Shown: one piece after another, positions 47,045 through 56,300 of the stretch
How positions within the stretch are numbered: position 1 is the first letter of the stretch
How the letters are laid out: each line of letters starts with the position of its first letter
Virus record (IMG/VR): IMGVR_UViG_2806311045_000001
Span: 6,218-70,217 of that record
Length of the DNA: 64,000 nucleotides
DNA from: a virus
Lineage: Duplodnaviria; Caudoviricetes
Reading direction: 5' to 3' (one strand)
Notes under the pieces: generated by a model
Databases searched by the model: none
What the model saw: only the letters and a program-made list of their open reading frames with translations
What the model was told of the DNA's origin: nothing
Translations under genes and position numbers: made by a program

Positions 47045-47439
47045 TCACCTTGTCCGTACCGGTCCGGAACAGCCGTTTGGCCGTGATCGGCCAAGCGCTG
47101 GATGCCGGCGCCGCTGGCGGCCTGCTGCGCCTGTATTCCGCGCCACGTCCCGACATCGGTCAGGCGCTCGCCGAGCAGGTCCTGCTGGCCGAGGTCCGCC
47201 TGCCGCAGCCGTGCATGGCGAACCTGGAGGGCGGCCGGCTCGTGTTCGCGCCGATCGGGCAGGCCCTGTGCCGCCGCTCCGGCATCGTGGCCTGGGCACG
47301 GCTGTGCGACAGCGACGGGCGCTGGGTGGCGAATCTGGATGCGGGGCTGCCGGACAGCGGGGCGGAGGTCGAACTGTCGAAGTTGCAGGTCTTCGCTGGC
47401 GGCGCGGTCAACGTGGAACTGGCCGAACTGATCGAATAG
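47041..47439 (+). CDS. Tail-associated hypothetical protein
   Basis: Coupled ORF in tail operon. Confidence 0.7.
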   Translation: MITLSVPVRNSRLAVIGQALDAGAAGGLLRLYSAPRPDIGQALAEQVLLAEVRLPQPCMANLEGGRLVFAPIGQALCRRSGIVAWARLCDSDGRWVANLDAGLPDSGAEVELSKLQVFAGGAVNVELAELIE

Positions 47440-47443
47440 CGCA

Positions 47444-49288
47444 GTGACCGTTGATCTCGAATTCCGGGGGACGTGGAAGCCTCCGAACGGCGGCAGTGCC
47501 GATCTCGACTTCGGGGACACGCGGCAAGCGGTCCCAGAGGCGGTCAGCGCTACGGTCCGCCTCCGCCTGGCCCCGCCCAAGGCACGCATCCGCGCGGCCT
47601 ACGACAACCAGGTGAGCCGCAAGCTGGAAGGCAGCGGCCGAGTGTCGTGGCAGCGAGCCCATCGCCAGGGAGCCGGCCTGCACGACGGCTGGGACGACAG
47701 TGCGCGCGACCGCAGTGCGGCGGCGGTGTCCTGGCAACCGGCCGTGACGCTGCCCGGCACTGTCCAGTCGGCCGGCGGCGACAACCAGCGTGCCCGCAGC
47801 GCCAGCCTCGTGCGGTGGCAGGACGCAGAGCCCGCGCCATCCTCAACGGCGGAGCGCATCAATCCGCTGGTACCGCAGCATGGCGTGCTCGGCTTGCCGT
47901 GGGGCGAGGGCGGGGCCTTGTCGGGCGCCGTGCTCAGCCCGTTCGTCTGGCTGGTGCCGTGTTCTCGCGGCCAGTCTCTGGGATGGCAACCCGCAGTGCC
48001 ACATGCCTTGCGCGAGGGGTTCGGGTTCTCGCGCGGACGCTGGCAGTCGGGGCGCTGGTCACTGCCATGGGAGATCGGCCGGCGGCCGCGCCCAGGCGAG
48101 TCGCATCTGCCGGTCGATCCTCCCGTGGTCGAGCCGGCGCCCAGGTATCACCCCGACCTCGACTTCATCTGCCATGCGACCCGCCAGGGCCTCGCGTGGC
48201 GCCCCGCGCTGTGGCTCGACTTCGGCGCCCACCCGTGCGGGCAGCCGGACGCCGGTGTCTTCAGCGTCCCCATCCTCAAGGTCTATTTTGTGAGCAACTC
48301 CGTTGATGTCGTGCGCCTGCCCGCCCGCGAGCCGATTCCCGTCAAGAGCGTCCGGCTCTCCATCGACGAGGGTTCGTGGGCGTGGGGACTGTCGGCCAGC
48401 CTGCCGTACGCGGCACTGGAAATGGTCGAGCCCACCGCCTCCGGGCCGGTGGAGATCGAGATCACGGTCAATGGCGTGACCTGGGTGATGCTGGTCGAGG
48501 GCTTCGACGTGCGGCGCGAGTTTGGCCAAGCGAGCCTCAACATCCGGGGCCGCTCGACGGCGGCGTATCTGGCCGAACCCTATGCACCCGAGCGCTCCTT
48601 CGTGCTCGCGGCACCCTTCACCGCGCGCCAGCTGGCCGAGCAGGAGCTGACGCGCGCGGGGCTCGTGACCGGTTTCACGCTCGACTGGCGGCTGCCGGAC
48701 TGGCTGGTGCCGGAAGGCAGTTGGGGCTACCAGTCGCTGAGCCCGATGGGGGTGATCGGCCGCATCGTTGAAGCGGCGGGTGGCTACGTCAATGCCCATC
48801 CGCGACTGCGGACGCTGGTGGCCAAGTCCCGGTATCCGGTGCTGCCCTGGAACTGGGCAACCGAGGTTCCCGACCGGACGCTGCCCATCGACGTGGTCAA
48901 GACGTTGAATCTGCGCTGGCAGGAAAAGCCCACCTTCAACGCGGTGTACGTCTGCGGCGAGCGCCAGGGCGTCACCGGGCACGTGGTCCGCGCCGGTACG
49001 GCTGGCGATCTGGTCGCGCCGACGGTGGTCGATGCGCTGATCACCCACGCCGATGTTGCCCGCGAGCGGGGTCGCTCGATCCTGGCCGACGTCGGCCGGC
49101 AGGCGGTCGTCACGCTGGAACTGCCGATGCTCAGTTCGCTTGGCCCGCTCGATCCGGGTCTGCTGCTCGCCGTCGGCGAGGGCAGGACGAACTGGCGCGG
49201 CCTGGTGCGTGCCACCAGCATCGCCGCCGAGTGGAACGAATCCCTGACCGTGCGCCAGACCATCGAGGTCGAGCGCCACTACCTGTAG
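47444..49288 (+). CDS. Tail-tip protein
   Basis: 614 aa in tail operon; hub-like C-terminal half. Confidence 0.7.
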   Translation: MTVDLEFRGTWKPPNGGSADLDFGDTRQAVPEAVSATVRLRLAPPKARIRAAYDNQVSRKLEGSGRVSWQRAHRQGAGLHDGWDDSARDRSAAAVSWQPAVTLPGTVQSAGGDNQRARSASLVRWQDAEPAPSSTAERINPLVPQHGVLGLPWGEGGALSGAVLSPFVWLVPCSRGQSLGWQPAVPHALREGFGFSRGRWQSGRWSLPWEIGRRPRPGESHLPVDPPVVEPAPRYHPDLDFICHATRQGLAWRPALWLDFGAHPCGQPDAGVFSVPILKVYFVSNSVDVVRLPAREPIPVKSVRLSIDEGSWAWGLSASLPYAALEMVEPTASGPVEIEITVNGVTWVMLVEGFDVRREFGQASLNIRGRSTAAYLAEPYAPERSFVLAAPFTARQLAEQELTRAGLVTGFTLDWRLPDWLVPEGSWGYQSLSPMGVIGRIVEAAGGYVNAHPRLRTLVAKSRYPVLPWNWATEVPDRTLPIDVVKTLNLRWQEKPTFNAVYVCGERQGVTGHVVRAGTAGDLVAPTVVDALITHADVARERGRSILADVGRQAVVTLELPMLSSLGPLDPGLLLAVGEGRTNWRGLVRATSIAAEWNESLTVRQTIEVERHYL

Positions 49289-49297
49289 GAATCCGCG

Positions 49298-49522
49298 ATG
49301 CCCAACCTGTGGCGGCAGTTCGAGGACTTGCTGCCGGATGCCCCGTTGCTGGTCGGCACGGTGGTGACCCGTCACGACGATGGCACGGTCACCGTCCAGC
49401 TGCTGGGCGGCGGACTCGTGCGCGTTACCGGCGCCGGTGAGCCGGGCGACCGCCTGTTCGTGCGCGGTACCGAGGTCGTCGGCCCCGCGCCGACGCTGCC
49501 GACCGTCGACATCGAAATCTGA
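49298..49522 (+). CDS. Small tail-region protein
   Basis: AGGA RBS; 74 aa. Confidence 0.7.
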   Translation: MPNLWRQFEDLLPDAPLLVGTVVTRHDDGTVTVQLLGGGLVRVTGAGEPGDRLFVRGTEVVGPAPTLPTVDIEI

Positions 49523-49546
49523 ATCCCAACCTGTTTTTGCAACTGG

Positions 49547-49577
49547 AACCCGCCCTTGAGGCGGGTTTTGTTTTTTT
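49547..49577 (+). terminator. Intrinsic terminator between tail and lysis genes
   Basis: AACCCGCC-cttga-GGCGGGTT followed by TTGTTTTTTT. Confidence 0.8.
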
Positions 49578-49588
49578 GGAGCACATCA

Positions 49589-49879
49589 ATGAACGCACCG
49601 ATGGTGGCCGACGGCATGGTGACCATGCCGCGGGCCGAATTCGAGGAGTTGCTGGAGCGCGTTGCCGAGAGCGGCGCGCGGGCGGCACTGGCCGAAGTGG
49701 GCCTCGATGGCGAGAACGCCGCGAACGACATCCGCGAGCTGAGGAATCTGCTGGACGCCTTCAACGAAGCCAAGCGCACTGCTTGGCAGACCATGGTCCG
49801 GATGATCACGACTGGCCTGGTGCTGGCGCTGGTTGCCGGGGCGGTCATCAAGTTCGAGCTGTTCAAGGGGGCGCGATGA
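49589..49879 (+). CDS. DUF6127-like protein with C-terminal TM helix (holin/antiholin candidate)
   Basis: Hydrophobic MITTGLVLALVAGAVIKF; first gene of lysis cassette. Confidence 0.65.
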   Translation: MNAPMVADGMVTMPRAEFEELLERVAESGARAALAEVGLDGENAANDIRELRNLLDAFNEAKRTAWQTMVRMITTGLVLALVAGAVIKFELFKGAR

Positions 49880-50352
49880 TCGAGACGCTCCTGGGTGGTC
49901 TGTTGGGCGGGACCTTCCGCCTAGCCCCTGAACTTCTGAAGTGGCTCGATCGCAAGGGCGAGCGCGGCCACGAGCTTGCCATGCAGGACAAGGCGCTGGA
50001 GTTCGAGAAGTTGCGCGGCGCGCAGCGCATGGCCGAGATCGGTGCAAGCGCCGATGCGGCGTGGAACACGGGCGCCATCGAGGCGCTGCGCGACTCCATC
50101 AGCGTGCAAGGCCAGACGTCCGGCGTGCCATGGGTTGATGCGCTGTCGATCAGCGTGAGGCCAGTGATCACGTACTGGTTCATGGGCCTGTACTGCGCGG
50201 CCAAGACCGCCGCGTTCGCGGGGGTGCTCACGGCCGGGGCAGGGTGGGGCGCAGCAACGGTGCAGGCGTGGACCGAAGCCGACCAGGCGCTGTGGGCCGG
50301 TGTCCTGAATTTCTGGTTTTTGGGTCGGGTGTTTGATCGGGTGCGGCCGTGA
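49876..50352 (+). CDS. Membrane protein, holin-like
   Basis: Several hydrophobic segments; VRPVITYWF; precedes lysozyme. Confidence 0.65.
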   Translation: MIETLLGGLLGGTFRLAPELLKWLDRKGERGHELAMQDKALEFEKLRGAQRMAEIGASADAAWNTGAIEALRDSISVQGQTSGVPWVDALSISVRPVITYWFMGLYCAAKTAAFAGVLTAGAGWGAATVQAWTEADQALWAGVLNFWFLGRVFDRVRP

Positions 50353-50810
50353 TTGTGGTGCCCCGAGCGGCCTTCGAAATCGCCAAGCACTTCGAGGGGT
50401 TCCATCGGGTGCCGAAGGCCGACCCGCTGCGGGCTCATCCGTATGTCTGCCCCGCTGGGTACTGGACGATCGGCTACGGTCACCTCTGCGATCCGACGCA
50501 CCCGCCCATCACGCAGGCCCAGGCCGAAGTCTATCTGGCGGCGGATCTCGTGACAGCGCTCAACGCGACGCTGCGCTACTGCCCCGTGCTTGCCGTCGAG
50601 CCAGAGGGCAGGCTCGCAGCCATCATCGACTTCACCTTCAACCTCGGGGCGGGGCGGCTGCAGACCTCGACTTTGCGGCGACGCATCAATCAGCGGGATT
50701 GGGCTGCTGTCGCAAACGAGCTGCGCCGCTGGGTCTACGGTGGCGACAAGGTGCTGCCGGGGCTGGCCGCGCGTCGCGAAGCCGAAGTGGCTTTATTGCG
50801 ATTGAACTGA
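50349..50810 (+). CDS. Endolysin, GH24 lysozyme
   Basis: FEG...YVCPAGYWTIGYGH; FTFNLGAG; GLAARREAE. Confidence 0.93.
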   Translation: MIVVPRAAFEIAKHFEGFHRVPKADPLRAHPYVCPAGYWTIGYGHLCDPTHPPITQAQAEVYLAADLVTALNATLRYCPVLAVEPEGRLAAIIDFTFNLGAGRLQTSTLRRRINQRDWAAVANELRRWVYGGDKVLPGLAARREAEVALLRLN

Positions 50811-50817
50811 GGTGACG

Positions 50818-50847
50818 CTTGGCTTCTGTGTTGAACAGCGCGTTCAT
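50818..50847 (+). promoter_or_regulatory. 30-bp motif copy 9
   Basis: CTTGGCTT-ctgtgtt-GAACAGCGCGTTCAT, 31 nt before 50878. Confidence 0.8.
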
Positions 50848-50877
50848 GTCATCACACCAACCACACCGGAGTACAAG

Positions 50878-51174
50878 ATGTCCAAGTCGATGCAATTCAA
50901 AACCCCTGTGATCGATGACGTGCTATCCAGCAACGTAGACGCCATGCTGCAGGACCGACTGCTCGACCTCTTTAAATACGCTATGCGGTCCGTAGCCGTG
51001 ACCCTGGCGCGCGCAGCGCAATTCGAGACCAGCGATTTCGCAAACACGGCGGTGGGCGGCTGCGACGGCTTCACGCTGGCTATCCGGCAAATCTTCCCCG
51101 GCAAGCGCGATGCATGGCTCGGCGTCTTCGAGAGCGGGAAGCAGCAGCTTGAAGTGGTTGGGCACCTCGAATAA
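50878..51174 (+). CDS. Small hypothetical protein, last prophage gene
   Basis: GGAG RBS; MSKSMQFKTPVIDDVLSS. Confidence 0.7.
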   Translation: MSKSMQFKTPVIDDVLSSNVDAMLQDRLLDLFKYAMRSVAVTLARAAQFETSDFANTAVGGCDGFTLAIRQIFPGKRDAWLGVFESGKQQLEVVGHLE

Positions 51175-51182
51175 GCGCCAAT

Positions 51183-51203
51183 GTGGCCGGGCGGACCGGC
51201 CAC
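51183..51203. terminator. Hairpin between convergent genes
   Basis: GTGGCCGG-gcgga-CCGGCCAC. Confidence 0.55.
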
Positions 51204-51225
51204 TGATCCATCTTGATACCGAGCG

Positions 51226-51564
51226 CTACAGCATCTTCTGAATGTCGCTCAATGCGTCATCCAGTTCGAGTTTGAGCGGCACCAGCAGACAGTGCAGGCA
51301 TCGACATTCCCAAGCGCGGTCGCTCCACAAGTCGAGCAACTGCAGGATGCCGATGAGGCCAGTACTGACATTGAGCAGACGCGCGCACGCGTCTTCGGTC
51401 GTTGCGTAAATCTGCGCGCTCGCCGTATCCAGCTGACGCACTGTCGTTGCGACTGGCGTATTGACACGCTTGCCGATCCGTCTTGCTTGTGCCGCGAGTT
51501 GGACGATCAATTGGCGTTGCCGGGCGAACGCAAGCATCTGCGGGGAGTGTGTCTGTTCACGCAT
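51226..51564 (-). CDS. DUF1484-like protein
   Basis: 112 aa ending ECRCLHCLLVPLKLELDDAL; family assignment from memory. Confidence 0.6.
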   Translation of the reverse strand: MREQTHSPQMLAFARQRQLIVQLAAQARRIGKRVNTPVATTVRQLDTASAQIYATTEDACARLLNVSTGLIGILQLLDLWSDRAWECRCLHCLLVPLKLELDDALSDIQKML

Positions 51565-51859
51565 GCATCGCCTTCGTTTGCTCAATGGGGGCAGCGCCGC
51601 AAAATAGAAGGCTCGAAAAGCGTAAGCGGATGGTTGTGGGGAGGCTGATGGGAAAAGCAGGGGGGTGCTCAGGACGAGCAAGGACATCAGGCATAGGAAC
51701 CTCAGCGTTTTGATGGAGGCCCGCCGCTCATTGCTACGTGAGGGATGGCGGGCCAGACAGCGGGGGTAGCAAACCGGCAACGCTGAAACCGGCCAGCCCG
51801 AAGGCTGCCCCGCCCGGCCCGCGACGATATTGTAAGCGCGCACGTTCGATTCGGACCCG

Positions 51860-51930
51860 AATGCCACGAACGTGGCGGTCCGCCTGCAGGTCGGGTTCTC
51901 ACGCCCGGTCACCGCTGTATCGGCGACGGC
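51860..51930 (-). ncRNA. c4-antisense-like structured RNA, followed by ash-like segment
   Basis: Minus strand GTCGCC..GGTGAC, CGGG-CGTGAGAA-CCCG, GCCACG-TT-CGTGGC; downstream frame AGRAGQPSGWPVS resembles Ash. Confidence 0.5.
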
Positions 51931-52010
51931 CACAGTCTTGGTGAACCCGCTCGGAGAGTCAATACGGATGCGCGACAGAAAATCCTGACCGGCCACCTCG
52001 GGCAATGCGG

Positions 52011-52958
52011 TCAGAAGTCAAGCGGTGCCTTCGGGACATCCCAGTCCGAGGCGCGCGCTTCGCCCGTCTGGTACAGCTGCTTGACGAGCTTGATGTAGTC
52101 CAGGAAATCCTTGTTTTCGGCCGCCAGCCGGTTGGCCGACTCCCAATCGATTTCCGGCCGCTCGCGAGCTGGGATGAGGATCTCGCTCTCGGAGGGGTTT
52201 GTGTCCAGCCGGATGAGCCCGATGCCGTGCACGCCTGACAGCATCCGCAATTCCTTCATCGTGTCGGCCTGCACTTCGCCTGCAACGAGGTAACCGAAGT
52301 TGGCCCAGGACGAGTTCGACACCGCCTGGAAGAAATGTTCTCGCACGTTCGAGCGGTTGAGCAGCAGCTTGACCTCGAAGGACCACAGCTTGGTCCGCTG
52401 GACCGCATACTGTTTGACGCAATCTTGGACTTCGCGGTGCCATTCTCGGCCCAAGTCCTCCATGCCGACCAAGTCCGGGAACAGCCAGCGGTTGCCATTG
52501 GAGCCGCGCTTGTTGGACGAGCGTTTCTCATCGATGCGCTTGGTGTAGATGTCCAGTTCTTCCCAGAGGTACCGGGCCAGCAGGGGGTAGAGCGCATGTT
52601 CGCCTTTTAAGCCAGGCTCTGCCGTAGTGGCGGCGACCTCGGCATCCTCGGCCAGCATCACCTCGTCGGCATCGGACTGCTCGGAGTAGTAGTACCGGCG
52701 AGGGCGCCCCTCGGTGATCTTCAATTCGGGATGCTTCTTCTGCAGCTGTGGTCGTTGTGAGCCGATTTCAGCTGCCAGTTGCTGCAGGAGTGCTGCGTCC
52801 GTTGCCAGCGCTTGGCTGCGTGCCTTTTTCGCCTGGCACTCGGCGGGGAAGGTCTCGAACACCCATTCGGCGATTTGCCGCGCGGTGAACTTCTCCCCAG
52901 CGTGGGCCTGCAGGAAGGCAAGAACCGTCTTGCCCAGGTTCAGCTTGTCGCTTGCCAC
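52011..52958 (-). CDS. COG2958/HrgA-like HTH + restriction-endonuclease-fold protein
   Basis: GTG start; EHALYP, FPDLVG...SFEVK, FFQAVSNSSWANFGYLV. Confidence 0.8.
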   Translation of the reverse strand: MASDKLNLGKTVLAFLQAHAGEKFTARQIAEWVFETFPAECQAKKARSQALATDAALLQQLAAEIGSQRPQLQKKHPELKITEGRPRRYYYSEQSDADEVMLAEDAEVAATTAEPGLKGEHALYPLLARYLWEELDIYTKRIDEKRSSNKRGSNGNRWLFPDLVGMEDLGREWHREVQDCVKQYAVQRTKLWSFEVKLLLNRSNVREHFFQAVSNSSWANFGYLVAGEVQADTMKELRMLSGVHGIGLIRLDTNPSESEILIPARERPEIDWESANRLAAENKDFLDYIKLVKQLYQTGEARASDWDVPKAPLDF

Positions 52959-53333
52959 ATCAAATCCCGTTCTGTGGTGGAGGCGACAGCATCGTGTCGC
53001 CATTGCGAAATGGGCCGTGCCGGACGACCCCTCGCCGTTGGCGAGCGGCCGCGATGGTATCCGGTTTCGCTTGCGGCGGTCTTGCCCCGCAAAGCGAATC
53101 AAAAGGGCAATGACTGGTCTGGCTCAATAGCAAGCCAGGGTGTAACCCACCTAACGCGGGAAACTTCCCGGGCGAATCTGGTTTTGTGAGTTTTGTTGAG
53201 AATTTGATGGGGTTGCGACTGATTTCCGCAACGTTGCCGCACAGATACCTCATATTGGGTAGTAGCCTCCGCTTTGTGAAGCTGTTTTCGCTTAGAATCC
53301 GGGCCTCGTAAAAATTACAAAGCCCGGGTTGTC

Positions 53334-56300
53334 ATGAACGCGAAGTGCTATCGAACCGTTTTCAACGCTGTGCGCGGCATGTTGGTTGCCGTGGAGGAAT
53401 CGGCGAGAAGCACAGGCAAGGGGCGTCAGATCGGCGGGCAAGCCGACACGTCGGCCGCATCGACCTCCACCGCCGCGCGCTTCGCCGTGCTGCCGGTGGT
53501 GTTCGGGGCATGGTGCGTATTGGGCGTGTCCTATACCGTGCAGGCCCAGGTTGTCGCGGCCCCGGGGTCGGGCGCGCAGGTCATCCAGACGCAGAACGGA
53601 CTGCAGCAGGTCAACATCGCGCGCCCGAACGGAAGCGGTGTTTCGCTCAATACCTATACGCAGTTCAACGTTCCCGGTCAGGGAGCCCTCCTCAACAACG
53701 CTCCCGGCATCACACAAACGCAGCAGGCCGGCTACATCAACGGCAACCCGAACCTGCTGCCCGGCGGCTCGGCGCGCATCATCGTCAACCAGGTCACCAG
53801 CACGTCGCCGAGCACCCTGCAGGGGTATCTGGAGGTGGCCGGGCCCCGCGCGGAAGTGGTGATCGCCAACCCGAACGGCATCCTGGTCAACGGCGGGGGC
53901 TTCATTAATACGAGCCGGGCGACGTTGACGACCGGGGTGCCAGTGTTTGGCGGCAGCGGCAGCCTGGATGCCTACCGCGTGACTGGTGGGCAGATCACGG
54001 TGCAGGGCGCGGGCCTGAACGCCAGCAACGTCGACCAGGTGGACCTGATTGCGCGGGCGGTGTCGGTCAATGCTTCAGTGTACGCCAACCAGCTCAACGT
54101 GGTGGCGGGGGCGAACCAGGTCGACCACAGCACGCTCAATGCGACGCCGATTGCCGGCGACGGCGCTGGCCCGGCCAACGGCATCGACGTGAGCCAATTG
54201 GGCGGCATGTATGCCAACAAGATTCTGCTGGCCTCGACCGAGAAGGGGGTCGGGGTTTCGTCGCGGGGCGTGGCGGCGGCCCAGGCGGGCGACCTGACGC
54301 TGACCGCCCAGGGCCAACTGGTGCTGGCGGGCCAGACCAGCGCCACAGGCAATCTGAGCATTGCTGGTCGAGACGGTATCACCAACACGGGCGCCACCTA
54401 CGGCACGGGTGCGGTTTCGGTCAGCACCAGCGGAGCGCTCAACAATAGCGGCACACTAGCGTCGCAGCAGGGCCTGACCGTCAACGCGGGCTCTCTGGCC
54501 TCCACCGGCAGCCTGGGCGCGGGTGTTGCCTCGGACGGCACGATCAGCCAGGCAGCGGACCTCAACGTCACAACCACCGGGGCATTGTCGGCAACAGGCA
54601 AGAACGTGGCTGGCGGTAACGCTAGCTTCCAGGGGGCCGGAGTCAGCCTTGCCAACAGCCAGACCACGGCCAATGCCAACCTGGCACTGACGTCTACGGG
54701 CGGCGCAGACCTGACGGGAGCGACGGTCCATGCCGGTGGTGCGGTCAATGCCACGGCTGCTGGTACCTTCATCAATGACCGGGGCCATCTGTCGAGCAAT
54801 GGCGCTACCAGTATCACCGCAGGCAGTGTCTCCAATGTTGGCGGCCAGATCGTCAGCCAAGGGGCGATGCGGCTCCAGGCGTCCGGTGCGCTGGACAATG
54901 CGCAAGGCACCGTGCAAGCCGGGGGCGCGCTGACGGTCAATGCGGCCTCGGTGGACAACACCGCTGGACGTCTGGTCTCGTTGAACGCGGACGACTTGTC
55001 CCTCAACGCCAGCACCGCTATTACCAACGTTGGTGGTACGACATCCGACGGTGCGCAAGGCGGCGTGATTGGCGCAAACGGCGTCGTCAGCCTGACCACC
55101 GGCACACTGACCAACCACGCCCAGATCACTGCGGGCACCGACGCCACGCTCACCGCCACCACGCTCGACAACGCCAGCGGCAGCGTGACGGCCGGCAATG
55201 CACTCACGGCCCAAGTCGCGGGCACCGTGAACAACCAGCACGGTGCGTTGTCCGCTGCTGCGACAACGATCAACGCGGCGTCGCTCGACAACACCACCGG
55301 CAAGCTCGAAGGTAACCGGCTTGGCATCACCACCACCGGCAATCTGGTGAACCGAGGCGGCGCGATCAACCAATACAGCCAGACCGACACACAGCTGAAG
55401 GTCGGCGGCATGCTGGACAACACCAACGGCGTCATCGCGGCCAATGCGCAGAATCTGACCATCGATGCGCAGGCGGTTACCAATGACGGCGGCAAGCTGC
55501 TGCACTCGGGGGCCGGCACCTTCACGGTGGGCAGTCAGGGCGCCTTGCGCAATGTCGCGGGCCAGATTCAGACCAATGGAGCGCTGTCGACGCAGAGCAG
55601 CAGGCTCGATAACGCGAATGGTTTGATCGCGTCCCAAGGCACAGAGACCGTCACTACCACGGACGCGCTCGACAACACCAACGGCACGCTGCACGCGGGC
55701 GATACGCTCAAGGTGCAAGCTGGCGCAGCGCTGACCAATGTTGGCGGCAATATTGAATCGAATAGCGCGCACGGCACTTTGGCGGTGTCGGCCGCATCGC
55801 TGGACAACTCCTCGGGCCGCGTGGTGAACGTAGGGGACGGCGCGACCCGCGTCGCCGTACAGCAGACCCTGTTGAATGCGAACCCGGCGGGCACGACCGG
55901 GCGTGGCCTGATCGGCGGCAACGGCGCAATCGACGTGACCGCCGGCACGCTCGAGAACCATGCCACGATCAGTGCCAAGGGCGACGCGAGCCTAACGGCG
56001 CAGCGGTTCGATAACAGCAGCGGCCGTACGACGGCGGGCGGTGCACTCACGGCCAGCGCGGCGGGAGCGCTTGTCAACCAACAGGGCGTGCTGTCGGGTA
56101 ACGCGACTTCGTTGACGGCCGCTTCGTTGGACAACGGCAGTGGCCGGATCGAGGGTAGCCAGCTCGATATTGTCAGCACGGGCGATTTGGGCAACCGGGG
56201 TGGCACGATCCAGCAGTTCGGCCAGGCAGATGCCAGCATCCAGGCGGGTGGAGTGCTCGACAACACCGCCGGTTCGATCGCCGTCAACGGCAAGAATTTG

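Larger units (their letters stand above)
1..51203. mobile_element. Lambda-like prophage (left end outside window; right end approximate)
   Basis: Ordered recombinase, replication, terminase (GpA type), portal, S49 protease, decoration, capsid, tail, tape measure and lysozyme genes; att sites not identifiable. Confidence 0.93.

Noticed and set aside
50811-51300. attR site
   Set aside because: The left junction is outside the window, so no core repeat can be matched; the boundary is only approximate.
51226-52005. 259-aa ORF as a single protein
   Set aside because: The N-terminal part crosses the structured c4-like leader and has low coding quality; the 112-aa C-terminal ORF is the credible gene.
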